NCBI GenBank assembly: GCA_965206645.1
Contig: CBDBKE010000004.1
Coordinates: 288,001 to 352,000, forward strand
Source: Terriglobia bacterium
GTDB taxonomy: Bacteria; Acidobacteriota; Terriglobia; JAJPHL01; JAPKYU01
Length of the DNA: 64,000 bases
Direction: 5' to 3'
Shown: one piece after another, positions 1 to 9,786 of the stretch
Layout of the letters: each line of letters opens with the position of its first letter
Numbering within the stretch: position 1 is the stretch's first letter
Made by a program: the position numbers and the translations under genes
Notes under the pieces: generated by a model
The model's input: the letters and a program-made list of their open reading frames with translations, nothing else
Database searches by the model: none
What the model was told of the DNA's origin: nothing

Positions 1-669
1 CCGGTCCTCATCCAGGCTGGCGGCGCGCGGCAACTGCTGATCTGGCATCCTCAGGCGCTCGCCTCCCTGGACCCGGCAACCGGCAAGGTTTACTGGGAGC
101 AACCCTTCAAGGTTCGCTCCAGTCTCACAGTCGCAACTCCGGTTCGGAGCGGGTCGCGCCTGCTGGTCTCTTCGTTTTACAACGGCAGCATGATGCTGGA
201 ACTCAATCCGGCCAAACCTCGCGGCCGCCTGATCTGGAAAGGCAAAAGCGACAGCGAGATCAAAACCGACGGTCTGCACGCGCTCATTTCGACTCCGGTC
301 GTAGCCGGGGACTACATCTACGGTATCTGCAGTTACGGCCAATTTCGTTGCTTGAACGCCAAAACCGGTGAGCGCATTTGGGAAACCCTTGCGGTGACGA
401 AAGAACGAGCCAGATGGGCTGCAGGGTTTATCGTTCGCCACGGGGATCGCTACTTCATTAACAACGACCGCGGTGAGTTGATCATTGCAAAGTTGTCGCC
501 CGCAGGGTATCGGGAAATCAGTCGCACCAAGCTGATTCAGCCGACGTCCCGCGTCAGCAGGCGTCGCGAACTTGGCGCGGTGAACTGGTCGCATCCCGCT
601 TACGCGAACAAGCACATCTTCGCACGTAACGACAAAGAAATCCTCTGCGCTTCGCTGGAGAAGAAGTAG
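1..669 (+). CDS. PQQ-binding-like beta-propeller repeat protein (5'-truncated by window edge)
   Basis: Frame 1 open from base 1 (PVLIQAGGARQLLIWHPQALASLDPATGKVYWEQP); repeated LDPATGKVYW / LNAKTGERIW propeller motifs; C-terminal WSHPAYANKHIFARND typical of the family. Confidence 0.8.
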   Translation, partial: PVLIQAGGARQLLIWHPQALASLDPATGKVYWEQPFKVRSSLTVATPVRSGSRLLVSSFYNGSMMLELNPAKPRGRLIWKGKSDSEIKTDGLHALISTPVVAGDYIYGICSYGQFRCLNAKTGERIWETLAVTKERARWAAGFIVRHGDRYFINNDRGELIIAKLSPAGYREISRTKLIQPTSRVSRRRELGAVNWSHPAYANKHIFARNDKEILCASLEKK

Positions 670-672
670 GGG

Positions 673-695
673 CCGCTCCCTCACGATCGCGGCTC
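673..695. repeat. REP-like short extragenic element (CCGCTCCCTCACGATCGCGGCTC)
   Basis: Lies just after a stop codon; resembles from memory an extragenic REP-type unit of Acidobacteria/Planctomycetes; single copy in window. Confidence 0.3.
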
Positions 696-722
696 GTCGG
701 GCGCGGGTGGCTCAATGAAATT

Positions 723-1464
723 GGGTCCCGAGTGACCTCTCGGGCAAGCTCTCCTCTTCCGTCTCGACTACGATCCCCCGAACGTCCGTTCCCGGTTCTC
801 CCGGGATAGGCGACTGAAGCTCCGCGTGCGCTCTTCCCCGATTCCGCTCGTCGTCGACGCTCGATCTTCCTGCCTTGCGACAGAAAGGCACCGAAACCAG
901 GGTTGCCGCGTACGGTATCCCCGACCCTTACTCGGCTGAAACCTTGCGACCCCAGCCTTTCACAGCCGGATATTCTCCTGTCGATCCTTCCCGAAAAACC
1001 TCTTCAGCTCCCCGGGTTGGCGTCCAAGGGTCCTCCGGTCCGACCCTCCTCCCGACCTTTCGATCGGGATTTAGGCCCCCAGTGGTTTCCCTGGCTATCC
1101 CTGCCCCGCGCCTTGCAGCGGGGTTCGGTGACCGAGCTATCCCTGCAGTTCCAACCCGGCGCCTTGCGGCCCCGAGCCAGCCTGCGCTTCCTGCTCAGTT
1201 CTTCGACGGCGGAGCCTTTCAGCTAACGCCACCGCGCTTCCAGTTCCTCCCTGGGTTTTTCCAGTCGGGTCACCCTTGCGGGCGCTCTGACTGGCCGTCC
1301 GGGATTTCCCCTGGGTTCCTGCCGGCCCGCAATTACTTGCGAGCCAGTCGTCCACAGGTTCCCTTCAGGTCCTTCTGATCCCAACCTTGCGACTGAGATC
1401 AGTTGTTCGGGATCCGCAATCTTCAGCAGAATGCTTAGCCTGCCTTCCAGATCTCTCGGAACCC
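723..1464 (-). ncRNA. Candidate large structured non-coding RNA (~740 nt), family unassigned
   Basis: About ten GNRA-capped hairpins that pair fully only on the minus strand via G.U wobbles, e.g. 1401-1376 UGAUCUCAGUC-GCAA-GGUUGGGAUCA; 1347-1322 CUGGCUCGCAA-GUAA-UUGCGGGCCGG; 887-866 CUUUCUGUC-GCAA-GGCAGGAAG; 1069-1050 UCCCGAUC-GAAA-GGUCGGGA. 5' GGGUUCCGAG (1464-1455) pairs with 3' CUCGGGACCC (732-723). Upstream promoter; no credible CDS. Confidence 0.7.
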
Positions 1465-1471
1465 GGGCGTC

Positions 1472-1500
1472 TTTTTACTCTTCGCGCAAGAACGAGTCAA
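1472..1500 (-). promoter_or_regulatory. sigma70-like promoter for the candidate ncRNA
   Basis: TTGACT (1500-1495)-N17-TAAAAA (1477-1472) with an A/T-rich UP-like tract upstream (1501-1525); predicted start ~1464-1465 coincides with the terminal helix. Confidence 0.55.
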
Positions 1501-1748
1501 GAATTTTATTCTCTTTCTTTTCAACACGTAAGAAATCCGCAGGCTTCTTCGTGCAGCAATGCAATCACGGCTTTGGCAAGCTCTGCCCGGAGCGGCAGAG
1601 TCGCCCGGTCCAACCTGATGAAACCCGCGCCAGTCATGGCTCTTGCGCTCTGCACCGTCGTGCAGCAGAACGAGCTAGAACAGAAGATTCCCAGGATGTT
1701 CAGCTATGCCTAGACTGGACCTGACAGTGAGTTAAGAAATGCGTCGGG

Positions 1749-2780
1749 CTAGCGAAGTTCTTCCATGATCTCGTCCAGCACCTCTTTGTTTGGCCGGACG
1801 CTGTCTTCGGGCAGAGAGGCGAGTGGTGCGTCCACCATGTTCAGTAAATCCAGAAAATTCTTTTGGCGGGTTTCCAGATAGAGCAAACCCGTGAAGATGT
1901 GCCCTGTCTGCTGCGATTCCAGCAGGGCCCCGAGCGCGCCAGACTTGCTGGTGGGATCGTAGTCGTGGCCGAGCTTCTTCAGCACCACTCGCGAGCCGTC
2001 GTGCATCTCGACCTCCGTCGTTTGGCCGGGCTCATAATCCACGTCGATCTCTTTATAGGTTGGAATGAAGTCAATCTCGTGCAGCGGCTCCTCGTGCTGC
2101 TTCATGTAGGAGTAGCTCTTGGTTGAACCCTTGTGGTCGTTGAAGGCGACACACGGGGAAATGATGTCCAGCAGGATGGCGCCGCGGTGGGAGGTGGCCG
2201 CCTTCAACAGGGCCAGCAGTTGCTTCTTGTCGCCGGAGAACGAACGGGCCACGAAAGTGGCACCTAACTGAATCGCCAGGGCGCAGCAGTCAATCGTCGG
2301 CAGGTCGTTGACGGCCCCGCTCTTCAGCTTCGACCCTGTGTCGGCGGTGGCCGAGAACTGGCCTTTAGTGAGCCCGTACACGCCGTTGTTCTCGATGACG
2401 TAGATGATGGGCAGGTTGCGGCGCATGAGGTGGACAAACTGTCCGATGCCGATCGAGGCGGTGTCGCCGTCACCGCTGACCCCGATTTGAACCAGGTTGC
2501 GATTGGCCATCGCCGCTCCGGTCGCCACAGAGGGCATCCGGCCATGGACGCTATTGAAGCCGTGCGAGCCTTGCAGAAAGTAGGCGGGCGTTTTACTGGA
2601 GCAGCCGATCCCGCTGAACTTGGTTACCTGGTAGGGGTCGACCCCCAGGTCGTAGAAGGCGTCGATGATGCGCTCGGAGATGGCGTTGTGGCCGCAGCCG
2701 GCGCACAGTGTGGTCTTGCTGCCGCGGTAGACGGCCAGCTCCAACCCGACTCGGTTCAGTTTCTGAGGCGTGGCGCTCAT
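1749..2780 (-). CDS. 2-oxoacid:ferredoxin oxidoreductase subunit beta
   Basis: LCAGCGH, GIGCSS, HGR, TPP-binding GDGD...ENNGVYGLTKGQFS motifs; overlaps alpha-subunit stop. Confidence 0.95.
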   Translation of the reverse strand: MSATPQKLNRVGLELAVYRGSKTTLCAGCGHNAISERIIDAFYDLGVDPYQVTKFSGIGCSSKTPAYFLQGSHGFNSVHGRMPSVATGAAMANRNLVQIGVSGDGDTASIGIGQFVHLMRRNLPIIYVIENNGVYGLTKGQFSATADTGSKLKSGAVNDLPTIDCCALAIQLGATFVARSFSGDKKQLLALLKAATSHRGAILLDIISPCVAFNDHKGSTKSYSYMKQHEEPLHEIDFIPTYKEIDVDYEPGQTTEVEMHDGSRVVLKKLGHDYDPTSKSGALGALLESQQTGHIFTGLLYLETRQKNFLDLLNMVDAPLASLPEDSVRPNKEVLDEIMEELR

Positions 2781-4645
2781 CTTGCCGCTGCTTTCTGCTC
2801 GGCGGGGATTCCTTCCTGGGCGAGGATGCCGTCGGTCACGCTGCGGGCATCCACCGGGAGGCCGTTGTAGTGGCGAATGCTGCGCAGCCTCTCCACGTTG
2901 CCCAAGGCCAGGTCAAGCCGAAGCAGGTCGTACATCTGGCCGTCGCGGTTCTGTTCCACCACGTAAACGCGCCGGTGGCTGTGAACGAACTCCTTGACTG
3001 CGTCGGTAAACGGGTAGCCCCGCAGGCGCAGGTAATCGGTTTCCATGCCATGCTCAGCGCGAAGCTGGTCGCGTGTTTCGACGATGGCCCAGTGGGTGGT
3101 GCCAAAGGCGATGATGCCCACCTCCGCACCATGCTCGTCCGCCTCCGCAGCTGGCACCATCTGGCGCGCGGTTTCGAACTTGCGGGCCAGCCGGTCCATG
3201 TTGTCCTTATAGTCAGCGGAGCGCTCGGTGTACTCGGCATTCTCGTTGTGGCCGCTGCCTCGAGCAAACCAGGCGGCGCGGGGATGACGCGTACCAGGCA
3301 GTGTGCGGTACGGTATGGCGTCGCCATCCACGTCCTTGTAGCGCCCCCATTGCTTCACTCTGTCCAAGTCTTCTGCTGAGAGGACCTTGCCCCGCCGCAG
3401 GGACTTGGCGGGATAGGGAAACGGGTCCGACATCCAATTGTTCATCCCCAGGTCCAGATCACTCATGATGAACACCGGCGTCTGCAGCTCGTCGGCCAGA
3501 TTGAATGCCTCCTGGGCCATGGCAAAGACTTCGTCGACCGAGCACGGAAACAGCATCACGTGTTTGGTGTCGCCATGGGAGAGGAACGCAGTAGACAGAA
3601 TGTCGCCTTGCATGGTGCGGGTGGGCAGGCCGGTGGAAGGCCCGACGCGCTGGATGTCAAAGATCACCGCTGGCAATTCCACGTAGTAGCCTAGACCGAC
3701 GAATTCCGACATCAGTGAGATTCCGGGACCGGAAGTGGAGGTCATGGAGCGAGCCCCGGCCCAGCTGGCTCCTAGAACCATGCCGATGGCGGCAAGTTCA
3801 TCTTCCGCCTGAACGATGGCGAAGGTGGCCTTGCCAGTTTCCGGGTCGGTGCGGTAGCGCTCCATGTACTGCCCCAGGGCCTCGCATAGCGACGAGGAAG
3901 GCGTAATGGGGTACCAGGTGACTACCGTGACGCCGGCAAACATACAGCCGAGCGCCGCCGCGGAGTTCCCATCAATGATGATCTTGCCCCGGGTGGCGTT
4001 CATTGACTCGACCCAGTAGGGGTCGCGCTTGGGAAGGTTCTGTTCGGCGTAGCTGTGGCCGACCTTCGCGGCGTTCCAGTTGAGCTCGGCGGCCTTGGCC
4101 TTCTTCTTGAACTGCTTGCGGAGTGCCTTCTCGACCTGGTCTATGTCAATGCCCAGCAGGCGCGCGACCACCCCGTCGTAGATCATGTTCCGGACCAGCC
4201 TGCGGAGCTTGGCGTCGGGGCAGCAGGTAGCCACCAGCTTGCCAAAGGGGACTGGGTAAAACACCAAGTCGTCGCGTAGCTGGTTCAGGTTCAGCGGTTC
4301 GTCGTAGACGACGGCGGCGCCTGGCGCCAAGCCTTGAACGTCTTCTCTGGCTGTTTCCTGGTTCATTGCCACCAGGAAATCAATTTCCTTCTTGCGTGCG
4401 ACGTATCCATGTTTGTTGGCGCGGATGGTGTACCAGGTGGGAAGCCCAGCGATATTGGAGGGAAACAGATTCTTGCCGGAAACGGGCACGCCCATCTGGA
4501 AAATGGCGCGCAGCAGGACCATATTGGCCGTCTGGCTGCCGGAACCGTTCACGGTGGCGACCTGAATACTCAGGTCGTTAATGATGCGGTCCTGCTGAAG
4601 TTGCTGAAAGTCGGCTTCGCGTGGGACGGTCGCCGTGGTGGACAT
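2777..4645 (-). CDS. 2-oxoacid:acceptor (ferredoxin) oxidoreductase subunit alpha
   Basis: NGSGSQ, YPITPSS, QAEDELAA, TSGPG, QRVGPSTGLPT motifs; ATG at 4645 with GGAGAAGG RBS; extended -10 TGCTATAAT at 4691-4683. Confidence 0.95.
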   Translation of the reverse strand: MSTTATVPREADFQQLQQDRIINDLSIQVATVNGSGSQTANMVLLRAIFQMGVPVSGKNLFPSNIAGLPTWYTIRANKHGYVARKKEIDFLVAMNQETAREDVQGLAPGAAVVYDEPLNLNQLRDDLVFYPVPFGKLVATCCPDAKLRRLVRNMIYDGVVARLLGIDIDQVEKALRKQFKKKAKAAELNWNAAKVGHSYAEQNLPKRDPYWVESMNATRGKIIIDGNSAAALGCMFAGVTVVTWYPITPSSSLCEALGQYMERYRTDPETGKATFAIVQAEDELAAIGMVLGASWAGARSMTSTSGPGISLMSEFVGLGYYVELPAVIFDIQRVGPSTGLPTRTMQGDILSTAFLSHGDTKHVMLFPCSVDEVFAMAQEAFNLADELQTPVFIMSDLDLGMNNWMSDPFPYPAKSLRRGKVLSAEDLDRVKQWGRYKDVDGDAIPYRTLPGTRHPRAAWFARGSGHNENAEYTERSADYKDNMDRLARKFETARQMVPAAEADEHGAEVGIIAFGTTHWAIVETRDQLRAEHGMETDYLRLRGYPFTDAVKEFVHSHRRVYVVEQNRDGQMYDLLRLDLALGNVERLRSIRHYNGLPVDARSVTDGILAQEGIPAEQKAAAR

Positions 4646-4753
4646 GCCTTCTCCCGGAGTGAGTGCCGGCTCCAAAACCTTTATTATAGCAAGATTGAGG
4701 GGCGGCGATGCTACTGAAGGAAAATCTCAGATAACTGAAATGGACACACGTGC

Positions 4754-5740
4754 TCAGGCCAGCAGCCGGCGGGCGTCTTCAATGGTGGCGCGCAGGGTGT
4801 CGGCCGGGTCGCGGAAGGTAGCCCCCAATGCCTGGCTCGCTTTGCTGTTGTCCAGGTACCAGAAATGCGAGGCCATCTCCACTTCAGCCTGCGTTACCGG
4901 GAAGTACCTCGGAGCCAACGCGCGCATGACGGGGTTCAGGCGGGCCACCCAGCTGGAGACGTTCGCTGAGACTCTTGTCCGAGGCGCCTTCACTCCGGAA
5001 AGGACTTCCAGGCGGTAGAAAAATTCGGCAAAGGTCCAGTTGGGTCCTCCAAGGAAATACCGTTCGCCGGCATGACCTTTCTCCATCGCTGCCCCCAGGG
5101 CCGCTGCTGCGTCGCGCACGTCCAAGAAATTCAACCCTCCTGGCGGCACGGCGAAAACCTTCTGGCGCAGGAACAGGATCACTTCCCGGATGGATCGGCC
5201 CTTCTGGTCGCCGGGCCCCAGCAGCAGGCTGGGATTGACGACCACCACAGGCAGTCCGCGTGCGCGGTGATACGACAGGGCCAGTTTCTCTTCGAAGATC
5301 TTGCTTAAATAGTAAGGCCAGCGTCCCACCACGTCATTGGCAAACGGCTCGTCCTCCCGGTGGACGTCCGGCGAGCGGCTGACGGCAATCGTTCCGGAAG
5401 AGGAGACGAGAACTATCTTTTCGACACCAAACTCCAAGGCGGCCTCGCACAGGTTGCGCGTCCCCTCCACGTGCGTGCGGTAGAGCAGGGGCGCCTGGCT
5501 GGGCTCGCGGGACACAAGACCGGCCAGGTGATAGACGCGCGAGACGTCGCGCATCGCCTTGCGGACCGCAGCGCGATCGCAGACGTCTCCCTGCACCACC
5601 TCTGCGTCCGTCTGGGTTTCGCTCCAGCGCCCGCTGCGAGTCAGCAGGCGCAAGCCCGCGCTCGAGCCGGACTCGCGTATCCAGCGCAGCAGGTGAGTGC
5701 CCAGAAAACCGGTGGCACCGGTAATCAGGATCTTGCTCAA
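4754..5740 (-). CDS. NAD-dependent epimerase/dehydratase (extended SDR; ElbE-like)
   Basis: TGATGFLG, HLAG, YYLSK (YxxxK) motifs. Confidence 0.88.
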   Translation of the reverse strand: MSKILITGATGFLGTHLLRWIRESGSSAGLRLLTRSGRWSETQTDAEVVQGDVCDRAAVRKAMRDVSRVYHLAGLVSREPSQAPLLYRTHVEGTRNLCEAALEFGVEKIVLVSSSGTIAVSRSPDVHREDEPFANDVVGRWPYYLSKIFEEKLALSYHRARGLPVVVVNPSLLLGPGDQKGRSIREVILFLRQKVFAVPPGGLNFLDVRDAAAALGAAMEKGHAGERYFLGGPNWTFAEFFYRLEVLSGVKAPRTRVSANVSSWVARLNPVMRALAPRYFPVTQAEVEMASHFWYLDNSKASQALGATFRDPADTLRATIEDARRLLA

Positions 5741-6534
5741 GCCTGCCCGCCCTCGCGCAGTTGTTCCACGGCCTGCTGGATTCGTTCCGTCACTCGCAAG
5801 GTGGCCGCGTTGAACTTCATTCCCCGCCCAAGGGTCTCCGCCGCCAGTTGTTCATAGCTGAGGACGGTGCCAATGCGAGCCTCCAGTCGTCGCGATCGCA
5901 ACAGCGTCTTGCCTTTGGGAAGTGCCTTGTAGGTGCCGTGGAGGTATATGGGCAGCACATCCACCTGGTTTCTCAGGCAGAGAGCAGCGGCTGTACGCTT
6001 GAACCGGCCCATACGTCCATCCGGGCTTCGCGTCCCTTCCGGGAACACCAATAGGTTGTTTCCGGCAGCCAGGCAGGCATCGCCGTAAGGCAGAGCCCGG
6101 TGGAGCGGAATCTCCCGGTCCATGGGCAGAAGCTTGGTGCATTTCTGGCAGTAGGTGCGTTTCAGCTTGTTGTTGAAGAAGTAGTCGCTAGCAGCCAGCA
6201 CGTACAACTTTTTCCTTTGCCGGCCCAAAATGTGGGCTACCAACCCGTAATCGAGGTGGCTCGCGTGGTTGCTGACGACTAGGAAGTTGCTGTTCTGCGG
6301 AATCTGCTCCCGGCCCTCCACGCGCACGTGGAACGCCAGGCCGAACACGAGCTCTTCGGCCAGATCCACGGTCCAGTGGGTAAGAGCCGCCAGGGACCGG
6401 AGTAGCGGATAGGTATCTTCCAGATGGTTGGAGAGAGAACTTACCGTACCGGTTCCTAGCTGGCCGAAGCGGTTTGTTTGGCTCTGCCGGCGCGCGGCGC
6501 CTTCATGCTCCGCACGAACTCGGGCCGGATCCAT
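5737..6534 (-). CDS. Lysophospholipid/glycerolipid acyltransferase (PlsC family); start uncertain
   Basis: NHASHLD (HxxxxD) and FPEGTRS motifs; the ORF-track ATG overlaps the upstream gene by 79 nt, so the true start may be later. Confidence 0.85.
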   Translation of the reverse strand: MDPARVRAEHEGAARRQSQTNRFGQLGTGTVSSLSNHLEDTYPLLRSLAALTHWTVDLAEELVFGLAFHVRVEGREQIPQNSNFLVVSNHASHLDYGLVAHILGRQRKKLYVLAASDYFFNNKLKRTYCQKCTKLLPMDREIPLHRALPYGDACLAAGNNLLVFPEGTRSPDGRMGRFKRTAAALCLRNQVDVLPIYLHGTYKALPKGKTLLRSRRLEARIGTVLSYEQLAAETLGRGMKFNAATLRVTERIQQAVEQLREGGQA

Positions 6535-8063
6535 TTCTCAATGCCTTTGGTGTGTTTGTGTACCCAGTAATCTGCCCAGTCAATATTCTCCGGGTCCCAG
6601 GTCAACCGCTGGCGATCCGCCTCGGTTAGCTGGGCATAGGTATCGCGGATATTGCGCGATTCGAAAATGAACCGGCAGCGCACCATGAAGGGCAGGTACT
6701 GGTCCAGAGTTTGTTCCCGCAAGGCAATCTCCCGCGAGAGCATGCGCAGGCGCCGGTTTAATTCCTGCAGGCGCTCCTTGCCCGGCAGGCGGCGGCGCTG
6801 GGAAAGGCCCGATAGGCGGGAAACGGCGCGCTTGCTCAGGCTGAGCAGCTTCCGCTTCAGGCCGCGCTGCACCTTCAGTTCTTGTTCGGTGACCGCTCGG
6901 GTCTCGATGTAGGCCCGGGCCATGTTCAGGATCTTGCTGCCCTCGCTTTTCCTGCGGTTGATCTTGCGAGCATACATGCCCAGAAAATTCACCAGCCGAC
7001 GGTAGAGGACCGGGTTCACGTCGGCGCTCCCGAGCTGGTAGACCTGATGGTGCCGGTTGCACAGAATGGCGGCGCTGGCGATCAGCATCCCTGCCGCGAC
7101 CAAATCCACCGGCACGATTTCCAGCGGGTCCTCCTTCCGCACCGGCCAGCTTTTCACCCCCGCCGCCGCCATCAGGATCAGCGGCGCCGTGGTGCGGAAT
7201 CCCTCAGTCCAGCCGGGGACGGGGAAGCGAATCGCGGTGCCCACAATGGCCGGCCGCACGATGGTATAGACCAGGTCCTGTTCTCGCGCCAGAAACTGTT
7301 CGCCAAGGCTCTTCATGTAGGTGTAAGTATTGATCCAACCCCAGTGCTGGGCCCTCGCCATCCCCAGTCGCACCAGTTCCTTGCGGAGCTCCATCGGATC
7401 GTTCTGGTAGTTCTGGCGCGCCGCCTCGATTGCTTGTTCGCAGTATTTCAGCTCCTTGATGCAATCGAAGCGATCATCGGCCGGGCCGTTGCGTCGGGGA
7501 TAAAATCCCGGGACGGTGCTGTCCTCCGGTACCCTGCCGTCGTAGGCGCCCACGACATAGCAGGTGGAGATGTGCACCAGGCGGGCACCCAGGGCGCGGC
7601 ACAGCTGGCTCGCGTTCTTCGTGCCGTACAGGTTAGTGGCCAGGGACTCATCCAGAGGTGGAGAAAAATCAACCAGACCGGAGGAGTTGATGACGACGCC
7701 TGCCGCGCCCTTCAATTCGTCGATCTGGTTCCGGGAAAGCCCGCAGAGGGGCTCGCTGACGTCGCCTTCGAGCACCTGAATCTTGCGCTGCACAAAATCC
7801 AAACCCAGCTTTTCGACGATGGGCGTCAGAGCTGGCGAGTGGGCTGTTTCACCATAAAAGCGCTGCTCGGCGGAGCGGCCGGGCTTGGCCCGGCACAGCA
7901 CGTACAGTTTCTTCAAGTCGGGGTAGCGGTCCAGCAGCAGCGCCACCGTTGCCTTCCCCATGAAGCCGGTGGCGCCGATCAGCAGGATGCCGTTTTGGCG
8001 GAAGATGGCATCGGCGTCAATGGGGACGTCGGTTGGATGCATCTTGCTCGCAATCGCGGACAC
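6456..8063 (-). CDS. Fatty acyl-CoA reductase (NAD_binding_4 / male-sterility type)
   Basis: GATGFMGK, HISTCYV, GWINTYTYMKSLGE, IVRPAIV, VPVDLVA motifs of FAR/thioester reductases. Confidence 0.88.
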   Translation of the reverse strand: MSAIASKMHPTDVPIDADAIFRQNGILLIGATGFMGKATVALLLDRYPDLKKLYVLCRAKPGRSAEQRFYGETAHSPALTPIVEKLGLDFVQRKIQVLEGDVSEPLCGLSRNQIDELKGAAGVVINSSGLVDFSPPLDESLATNLYGTKNASQLCRALGARLVHISTCYVVGAYDGRVPEDSTVPGFYPRRNGPADDRFDCIKELKYCEQAIEAARQNYQNDPMELRKELVRLGMARAQHWGWINTYTYMKSLGEQFLAREQDLVYTIVRPAIVGTAIRFPVPGWTEGFRTTAPLILMAAAGVKSWPVRKEDPLEIVPVDLVAAGMLIASAAILCNRHHQVYQLGSADVNPVLYRRLVNFLGMYARKINRRKSEGSKILNMARAYIETRAVTEQELKVQRGLKRKLLSLSKRAVSRLSGLSQRRRLPGKERLQELNRRLRMLSREIALREQTLDQYLPFMVRCRFIFESRNIRDTYAQLTEADRQRLTWDPENIDWADYWVHKHTKGIEKWIRPEFVRSMKAPRAGRAKQTASAS

Positions 8064-8087
8064 AGTCTCCTCTAGTACCGTCCCAAC

Positions 8088-9785
8088 TTAGGTGGCCGGC
8101 GCCTCTTCCAGCACATCGGTCATTACGATTGGCGCCATATGCAGCATCGTCACCGTGGGCCGCCGCCCCAGGTGGGACTCGGCCATGGCCAGCGCCTCCT
8201 CCATGGTGCGCGCATTCGACCAGCCCAGAATCGGCGCCACGTGGTCATTCTCGGCGCCCACCACGATGGTCTTGCCCAAATGGGCCCGTCCGTTTTCTCC
8301 CCAATACCACATGTAGAAGGGGTGGACGCCGTGGTAGGCGTAGCCCTCCCTGTACATGGCAATATACCGGGGATCACGGGCAAATTCCTCCTCATATTTT
8401 TCCTGCAAGACGAACGAATCCCGTGTCTCGGTCAGCAGGCGGTGGAAGAACTCGATGTAGGAGGGGTGGAATGCCGGGTCAAACTCGTCGTAGAGCGGGT
8501 GGGTGATGATCATCACCCCACCCTTCTTCACCAGAGGGCGGTGCCGGTAAAAGTTGAAGAAGTACCCGTTGGCCATCACCTGCACCAGGATCGGGTTCAT
8601 GATGGAGTTGACATTGTAGGGAGAGACGAACGGGATGCCAGTGATCACCACGTCCGACTGGCCCTGGACAGCCACGTTGTACTGCTCGTAGCACTTACTC
8701 AGGACCTTCCTGTGCGTGGCCTCGGTTTCCCCGGCGAAAACGGAGGTCATTTCGTAGGGCGAGGGGATGCCGGAAAATAGTTTGCGTTTCCACGATCGGG
8801 GCAGCACGGCCAGCGTCTTCTGCAGGGCCCGGAATTTGAGGCGCTCCGACCCGGTGAACTCGTCCTCGTTCTTGGTGAGAAAGCTTAGTGGTTCGGCGAA
8901 CATCCGGTTGTTGACGGTGGTCTCTATGTGAAAGACCTTCAGGTGGCGGTCAATGACCCGGCCGATCCGACTGCAGGAGGCGGCCAGGGCGGAGCGGTCC
9001 GGGTCCATGTAGGAATCCGAGTCCAGGATTGCCTGCGGGGTGTGGTGGGCCTGCAAGGTGGGGTAGTCGCACAAGCCGGTCCCCACCGACTTGTGACCGC
9101 CGTCCATCGAGACCAGGTTGATATTCACGTAGATCAGCAGGTCGGACTCGGCCGCTCGCCGGTTGACCCGCACCCGCTCGCCGTGTTCGGTGGTCCCCAG
9201 CTCGACCATCCCTTCCCGATCCTCGCCATCGTGGTTGTAATAACGATCGGGGTGGAAGGCGTTGAAGATTCTTTTCCCCACGCAGCGCTTCATCTCGGCC
9301 GGCGTCATGCGCCGGTGGAAGGAGTTGGCGATCACAATGTGTACATCGTCCACGCCGCGCTCGCCCAGCAGCCGCAGCAGTACGGTCAGCACTGACTGCC
9401 GGATGTCGGGCTTGCGCATAGGAGGCAATGGCAGCGAGATATCGTCGATGGCGATCGTCACCTTCATGCCAGCACGCAGCAGCGCCGGCAGCGGCTCCAT
9501 GTTCTCCGGATGGCGGATGGCATACTCGATGGCCGCCTCGCGGTTGGGCACCGGGGTCATGGGCGGTTTGGGGTAGACGACGCGCGTGCCGGCCGGCAGC
9601 TTCGCCTCCACCAGGTCTTCGCCCGACCAAAGGATGCGCGGGGCGGAGTTTTCCTCCAGATAAACAACGCAGTTGGAGCTGAACTTCTCGGTGTTGGTGG
9701 ACGCCCAACGAGGTTTCAACGCGTCCCGGAGCCCGCGGCCCAATTGGACCGGCGTCCCGGTGGTGGAATTTTGCGCCTCGCCCAT
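8088..9785 (-). CDS. Lactate racemase (LarA)-domain protein
   Basis: KVTIAIDDISLPLPP, ANSFHRRMT, RVNRRAAESDLLIYV, GGHKS resemble the LarA/DUF2088 fold; ATG 2 nt after HAD stop. Confidence 0.75.
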   Translation of the reverse strand: MGEAQNSTTGTPVQLGRGLRDALKPRWASTNTEKFSSNCVVYLEENSAPRILWSGEDLVEAKLPAGTRVVYPKPPMTPVPNREAAIEYAIRHPENMEPLPALLRAGMKVTIAIDDISLPLPPMRKPDIRQSVLTVLLRLLGERGVDDVHIVIANSFHRRMTPAEMKRCVGKRIFNAFHPDRYYNHDGEDREGMVELGTTEHGERVRVNRRAAESDLLIYVNINLVSMDGGHKSVGTGLCDYPTLQAHHTPQAILDSDSYMDPDRSALAASCSRIGRVIDRHLKVFHIETTVNNRMFAEPLSFLTKNEDEFTGSERLKFRALQKTLAVLPRSWKRKLFSGIPSPYEMTSVFAGETEATHRKVLSKCYEQYNVAVQGQSDVVITGIPFVSPYNVNSIMNPILVQVMANGYFFNFYRHRPLVKKGGVMIITHPLYDEFDPAFHPSYIEFFHRLLTETRDSFVLQEKYEEEFARDPRYIAMYREGYAYHGVHPFYMWYWGENGRAHLGKTIVVGAENDHVAPILGWSNARTMEEALAMAESHLGRRPTVTMLHMAPIVMTDVLEEAPAT

Positions 9786-9786
9786 A

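Noticed and set aside
723-1464. RNase P RNA, tmRNA, rRNA fragment or group I/II intron identity for the structured region
   Set aside because: No GAGGAAAGUCC, no tRNA-like CCA end, no recognisable rRNA or intron domain V sequence, and no interrupted host gene (judged by eye; a covariance-model search is still needed)
1615-1621. CTGATGA hammerhead core
   Set aside because: No properly placed stem II plus GAAA and cleavage triplet
875-1724. ORFs 875-1378, 903-1226, 1137-1355, 1387-1713 and 1431-1724 as proteins
   Set aside because: P/S/R-rich low-information translations, non-ATG starts, no RBS or motifs; better explained by the structured RNA and its promoter
8088-9785. LarA-like protein supplying lactate for F420 synthesis
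   Set aside because: It is embedded in the lipid operon; proximity to the cof genes is the only link
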